Shown here piece after piece: positions 59,616-64,000 of a stretch of DNA of 64,000 bases. The DNA is from a virus: positions 1 to 64,000 of the IMG/VR virus record IMGVR_UViG_3300046665_000193, one strand, 5' to 3'. A model generated the notes under the pieces. That model made no database searches, was not told the origin of the DNA, and saw only the letters and a program-made list of their open reading frames with translations. Position numbers and translations under genes: made by a program. The first letter of the stretch is position 1; every line of letters starts with the position of its first letter.

Positions 59616-59869
59616 ACGGGGCATTCCGATACACAATTGAGCGGTGGATGTCTCGACATAATCCACTGTTCGTCGTATTGGCGTCACCGGGTGACAAATC
59701 AGGTGTGAAATGGGTGACATTTTGCACCTGATGATGACAGTGCAGGTATCGCCGATCTAAATAAGCTCAGCGATTACGGGAGCTTAGGCGTCTCACGGTT
59801 TTGCGCCACGAGATTTAGGTTCCCGCGTCACTTATACTACGATTAGCAACTACATACTAACATATTGAG

Positions 59870-59900
59870 GGCAGTGCAGAAATGCGCTGCCTTTTCTTTT
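59870..59900 (+). terminator. Rho-independent terminator at C left end
   Basis: GGCAGTGCA-GAAA-TGCGCTGCC plus T tract. Confidence 0.8.
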
Positions 59901-59990
59901 GCGTGCTCATACTACGATAAGAAGGTGGATATGGGTGACACCCGCTTTGGTGACAGTGGAGCGGTGACAAAGTGACAATCAGGAGAACAC

Positions 59991-60677
59991 ATGCAGAACT
60001 ACACAAAGGCCCGCGAGTGGAACGGCAAGGCGCTTAAGGGCGCGTGGGAATGCACCATCAAGATCGATGGCTGGCGTCTGCTTTGGAACGGTAACGAATG
60101 GGTGAGCAGGGCCAACAAGCCCATTCCGAACATCCCGCCGTGGCTCCCCGGCATGGCCACCGACTTCGAAGTGTTCCTCGGATCGCTCGCGCTGACCTCT
60201 CGCGCCTGCAAGACGAAGCACCTCAAGCCCGACACGCCGCGCGTCAAATACGACCACCTCTACAGTCTGGTTCCGCTGGACCCTCGGCTGGTCATGCCCG
60301 GCCTGATCGACCCGACCGCTGAGCAAATCGCCGAGCTGCTGGCTGACGTGAACCGGCGCGGGTTCGAGGGGCTGGTGCTCCGACAAGGCGACCGCTGGAT
60401 CAAAGTGAAGCCAGCCCAGACCCACGATGTGCTGATCACCGGCTACGGCGCTGGCGAGGGTAAGCATGAGGGTCGGCTCGGCTACCTGACCTCCGCGTTC
60501 GGCGACGTGGGCACCGGCTTCACCGACGAAGAGCGCGAAGAGCTGTGGGCCGAGGCGCTGGCCGGGACGCTGGTTGGCCAGACCATGGAGGTCGGCTGCA
60601 TGCACCTGACCGAGGACGGCCAGTTCCGACACCCGCGCTTTGAGCGCATCCGCCATGACAAAATCGCAGAGCGATGA
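59991..60677 (+). CDS. Compact ATP-dependent DNA ligase
   Basis: TIKIDGWR motif I, FEGLVLR motif IV, WIKVK motif V, OB fold VGTGFTDEER...RHPRF. Confidence 0.85.
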   Translation: MQNYTKAREWNGKALKGAWECTIKIDGWRLLWNGNEWVSRANKPIPNIPPWLPGMATDFEVFLGSLALTSRACKTKHLKPDTPRVKYDHLYSLVPLDPRLVMPGLIDPTAEQIAELLADVNRRGFEGLVLRQGDRWIKVKPAQTHDVLITGYGAGEGKHEGRLGYLTSAFGDVGTGFTDEEREELWAEALAGTLVGQTMEVGCMHLTEDGQFRHPRFERIRHDKIAER

Positions 60678-60850
60678 CGCGCTGGCAGGACGAGGCGAAC
60701 GCGCACTGGGACCGGATACGGGAGCGCATCAGGGCCAACCCAACGATCATCAAACCACAGCGGCTTGCTCACGAGGAAGCCGAAGACCTTCGCCGCCAAC
60801 TGCAGGCGGCACACGCCGAGATCAACAGACTACGCAAGGGGACCGCATGA
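60674..60850 (+). CDS. Small coiled-coil hypothetical protein
   Basis: MTRWQDEANAHW..., ATGA-coupled at both ends; read by hand. Confidence 0.5.
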   Translation: MTRWQDEANAHWDRIRERIRANPTIIKPQRLAHEEAEDLRRQLQAAHAEINRLRKGTA

Positions 60851-63300
60851 CGGCAGCAGCAGTGCAACTGAGGGAAGAAGACCTCGAACATCAGGCCCAG
60901 TTCAAGGGCGCAAAGCGGGTAAGGGATCAGGTCGCAAAGGCAAAGCAGCGCGGGCTGGGGGCTGACACTCCGGGCGGCGTGGCGCTTATGAAGCGGGCAG
61001 TCCAGCCGCTCGCCAAGCTGATCGAGCAGACCATCCTCGACGCCCGGTCAGGCAAGGCGGGTCGCCGCCACATCGCCATCGCCACCATGGAGAAGCTGCC
61101 CGCCGAGGTGCTGGCCTATCTGACGGTGCGCGAGTGCATCAGCGCGGCCATCCAGATCGCGCCGCTGACGAACACCGGGCTCAAGCTGGGCAGTTCCATT
61201 GAGGAGGAGCTGCGGCTGCAGGCGTTCGATGAGCAGGCACCGGACCTCTACCACACCATCATGCGCCGCCTTAAGGAACGTGGCGCTGGCGCTGGGCATG
61301 CCCGCAAGGTGTTCGTGTTCGCGGCCAACAAGCCCGACACCAACGTCGAGCTGCCGACCATCGCCAAGACGGACAAGCTGCACATCGGCATCCGCTTGAT
61401 CGAGCTGCTGATCGAGGCCACCGGGTTCATCGAGCCGGTCACCGTCCGCATGGGCAAGACCAAGACCCGCACCATCATCCGCCCGACCGAGACCGTGGCG
61501 AAATGGATGGAGGACCGGAACCTCACCGCCGAGCTGCTGAGCCCTCACTATGCGCCCATGGTGGTGCCTCCGAAGGACTGGGAAGGCGTGAAGGGTGGCG
61601 GCTACATCAGCCCCGACTTCAAGCAACTCTCGCTGGTCAAGCGGTGCACCAAGAAGCAGCACAAGGAGGTGATGGCGCGGGCTGACCTGTCACAGGTGCT
61701 GCGTGCCCTCAACGCCGTCCAGCGCACCGCGTGGGCGATCAACACCGACGTGCTCGATGTCATGAACGAGGTCTGGGACAAGAGCTACGAGGTGGCGATG
61801 CCCAGCCGGGACGATCTGCTGGTGCCACCGTATCCTGCCGGTCACGTCGTCGCCGAGACGCCGGAAGAGGCATGGGCCAACGTCCACCCCGACGCCAAGA
61901 AGGCTTGGATGCGCGGCGCTCGCAAGGTCTACGAAGGCAATGCGTCGAGCCGTGGCAAGCGCATGGGCATCTCGCAGATCATCCACACCGCCAAGACGCT
62001 GGCCGGTGAGCCTGAGGTGTTCTTCCCGCACCAGCTCGACTTCCGGGGCCGGGCCTACGCAGTGCCCATCGGGCTCAACCCACAGGGCAGTGACCACGCC
62101 AAGGCGCTGCTGCACTTTGCGCACGGCAAAGCGATCACCACGCCCCGCGCTGCGGGCTGGCTCGCGATCAACGGTGCCAACCTCTACGGTTACGACAAGG
62201 CCGCGTTCGCCGACCGCATCGCATGGGTCGAGGAGCGAGAGGAGCAGATCAAGTACACTGCACGGTGCCCGCTGGCTGACCTCTGGTGGACTGATGCGGA
62301 CAAGCCGTGGTGCTTCCTCGCTTGGATTTTCGAGTATGCGAAATTCCTGGGGGAAGGTTATGGGTTCGTCTCGCGGTTCGTCTGCAGTGTGGACGGCTCG
62401 TGCAACGGGCTGCAGCACTTCTCGGCCATGCTGCGTGATCCCATCGGCGGCGCTGCCGTCAACCTCGTGCCCGGTGAGCTGCCTGCTGACATCTACCAGC
62501 GCGTGGCTGATCGCGTCATCGAGAAGCTGAAAGAGGAGGGCGATGAGTGGGTGCCCCGTGGCTGGCTGGACTTCGGCATCAACCGCAAGACCACCAAGCG
62601 CCCGGTCATGGTGCTGCCCTACGGGGGCACGTTCAAGAGCTGCATGGAGTACGTCCGCGAGGCCGTAGGTGAGCAGATCAATGACGGCAAGGAGAACCCG
62701 TTCGGTGATGAGCTGGGCAAGGCAACCGCCACGCTGGCTCGCAACGTATGGGACAGCATCGGCGACGTTGTCGTGGCCGCTCGCACGGCGATGGACTGGT
62801 TCCAAAAGTGTGCCCGCGTCGCGGCTAAGGCTGGGGTGCCGCTGATCTGGACGACACCGTCAGGCTTCCCCGTGTTCCAGAGCTACATGGACACGACCAG
62901 CCGCCGCGTGAAGACTCGGCTGCAGGGCTCGCTCGTCTTCCTGTCGCTGTCCGAGGACACTGACAAGATCGACGCCGGGCGGCAGGCGCTGGCTGTATCG
63001 CCCAACGCGGTGCACTCGCTCGATGCCTCGGCCATGGTGCTGACCATCAACCTCTGCCTCGACAACGCCGTCGAGCAGTTCGCTATGGTGCACGACAGCT
63101 ATGGCACCGTCGCCGCCGACATGGACATGCTCGCCGCCTGCCTCAGGCATGCGTTCGTTGACATGTACGTGGAACATGACGTGCTCGCCGAGTTCCTCGC
63201 CGGGCTCCCCGAAGAGGTGAGGGCGCAGTGCCCGCCACCACCGCCCAAGGGTTCGCTGGACATCCGCAAGGTGATCGACAGCGAGTTCTTCTTTGCCTAG
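60847..63300 (+). CDS. Single-subunit T7-like RNA polymerase
   Basis: DGSCNGLQH, RKTTKRPVMVLPYG, VHDSYG; start aligned to B copy. Confidence 0.97.
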   Translation: MTAAAVQLREEDLEHQAQFKGAKRVRDQVAKAKQRGLGADTPGGVALMKRAVQPLAKLIEQTILDARSGKAGRRHIAIATMEKLPAEVLAYLTVRECISAAIQIAPLTNTGLKLGSSIEEELRLQAFDEQAPDLYHTIMRRLKERGAGAGHARKVFVFAANKPDTNVELPTIAKTDKLHIGIRLIELLIEATGFIEPVTVRMGKTKTRTIIRPTETVAKWMEDRNLTAELLSPHYAPMVVPPKDWEGVKGGGYISPDFKQLSLVKRCTKKQHKEVMARADLSQVLRALNAVQRTAWAINTDVLDVMNEVWDKSYEVAMPSRDDLLVPPYPAGHVVAETPEEAWANVHPDAKKAWMRGARKVYEGNASSRGKRMGISQIIHTAKTLAGEPEVFFPHQLDFRGRAYAVPIGLNPQGSDHAKALLHFAHGKAITTPRAAGWLAINGANLYGYDKAAFADRIAWVEEREEQIKYTARCPLADLWWTDADKPWCFLAWIFEYAKFLGEGYGFVSRFVCSVDGSCNGLQHFSAMLRDPIGGAAVNLVPGELPADIYQRVADRVIEKLKEEGDEWVPRGWLDFGINRKTTKRPVMVLPYGGTFKSCMEYVREAVGEQINDGKENPFGDELGKATATLARNVWDSIGDVVVAARTAMDWFQKCARVAAKAGVPLIWTTPSGFPVFQSYMDTTSRRVKTRLQGSLVFLSLSEDTDKIDAGRQALAVSPNAVHSLDASAMVLTINLCLDNAVEQFAMVHDSYGTVAADMDMLAACLRHAFVDMYVEHDVLAEFLAGLPEEVRAQCPPPPPKGSLDIRKVIDSEFFFA

Positions 63301-63378
63301 TCACCTTCTAAACGTAGAGTAGCTATGCACGGTAGGAATAGGTAGCACACCTACTCCACCAAACGCTGAAAGGTTCAC

Positions 63379-63540
63379 ATGAAGCATTCACTGACCATCC
63401 GCATGGGCGCTGCCAACTGGGACGCTACCGTCACCAACGGCCCGCGCTTCGACTTCCGAACCATGACGACCCCGCAGCGCAAGCAGTGGTACGGCGCGTT
63501 CATGTCGTCGGTTCGCAAGATGTATCGGGGCGCTCGCTAA
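63379..63540 (+). CDS. Small hypothetical protein
   Basis: Paralogue of 18654-18815. Confidence 0.65.
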   Translation: MKHSLTIRMGAANWDATVTNGPRFDFRTMTTPQRKQWYGAFMSSVRKMYRGAR

Positions 63541-63743
63541 TGCGGAACACCCTGACCAACCTGAGCCTCGCGCTCGCCACCCTGATCGTCGCCGCACTGC
63601 TGATGCTGCTCTTCGGAGTACAGGCCGCAACCGTGCTGGCAATCTTCCTGCTGCTCGCCATCGTCTCGGGGACCGCCAACATCCTCTGCTTCCTGATGGA
63701 GATCATCGACAGCATCCGAGGCTGGATGGGCTGGCTTCGGTGA
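63540..63743 (+). CDS. Small membrane protein
   Basis: Counterpart of 18815-19018. Confidence 0.55.
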   Translation: MRNTLTNLSLALATLIVAALLMLLFGVQAATVLAIFLLLAIVSGTANILCFLMEIIDSIRGWMGWLR

Positions 63744-63849
63744 CCGAGTTCGTCTGCTTCCTCGCAGGCTTCGGGCTGGGGGTCGGCGCAACCTCAGCCT
63801 TCGTCATTCGCGCAGCACTTAAGGACATCAAGGAACTGTCTCAGCTCAC

Positions 63850-64000
63850 ATGATCAATCGTGACCAGATGACCAACGCCGACGCTCAGCTCGTTGCTGAC
63901 GCTGGCATCGCCATCCTCGACAGGATGCAGAACTACAAACCGCACATCCAGCCACTGGCACTGTGCGCCGCGTTCCTCACTCTCGCCGCTCACATCCGCG
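63850..64000 (+). CDS. Hypothetical protein, 3'-truncated
   Basis: Near-identical to start of 19125-19388. Confidence 0.65.
   Translation, partial: MINRDQMTNADAQLVADAGIAILDRMQNYKPHIQPLALCAAFLTLAAHIR

Larger units (their letters stand above)
58527..59820. mobile_element. Mini-element X: 1,285-bp att-flanked cassette without integrase
   Basis: GATTTAGGT at both ends; GTGACA arm arrays on both sides matching phage arms; cargo tRNA plus protease. Confidence 0.8.
59812..64000 (+). mobile_element. Prophage C, left part, truncated by window end
   Basis: Core, terminator and P' arm homologous to B left end; RNAP and downstream genes colinear with B. Confidence 0.92.

Noticed and set aside
60640-60846. 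N-terminal extension of RNAP C (and 16008-16121 in B)
   Set aside because: B/C homology begins at ATG 60847 and 16122; the upstream sequence is better explained by other small ORFs.

Overview
This window is a head-to-tail array of related but distinct temperate T7-like (Autographiviridae-type) prophages, probably in a GC-rich alphaproteobacterium (host identity is inference). It holds the right ~15.7 kb of prophage A, a complete 42,875-bp prophage B (15652-58535), a 1,285-bp integrase-less mini-element X (58527-59820) and the left ~4.2 kb of prophage C. Every junction carries the same core GATTTAGGT, whose TTTAGGT equals a tRNA-Leu(TAG) anticodon loop, flanked by arrays of GTGACA arm-type repeats. 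A, B and X each carry their own complete tRNA-Leu(TAG) with an anticodon stem that differs from the att core flanks. The top candidate for a new system is X: it has left and right arms matching the phage attP arms in sequence and spacing, a tRNA-Leu(TAG) and a frameshifted trypsin-like protease, but no recombinase. It looks like a non-autonomous cassette that borrows the phage integrase. The array also mimics a phage concatemer. The prophages swap accessory genes at fixed slots (SGNH esterase vs DUF2829/Tad2-like; two different Cys-rich first early genes; LigA-Ia-like vs compact ATP-dependent ligase). Candidate phage-RNAP promoter, operator, IHF and terminator motifs are visible by eye. No searches were run; family calls rest on recognised motifs and T7-like synteny.
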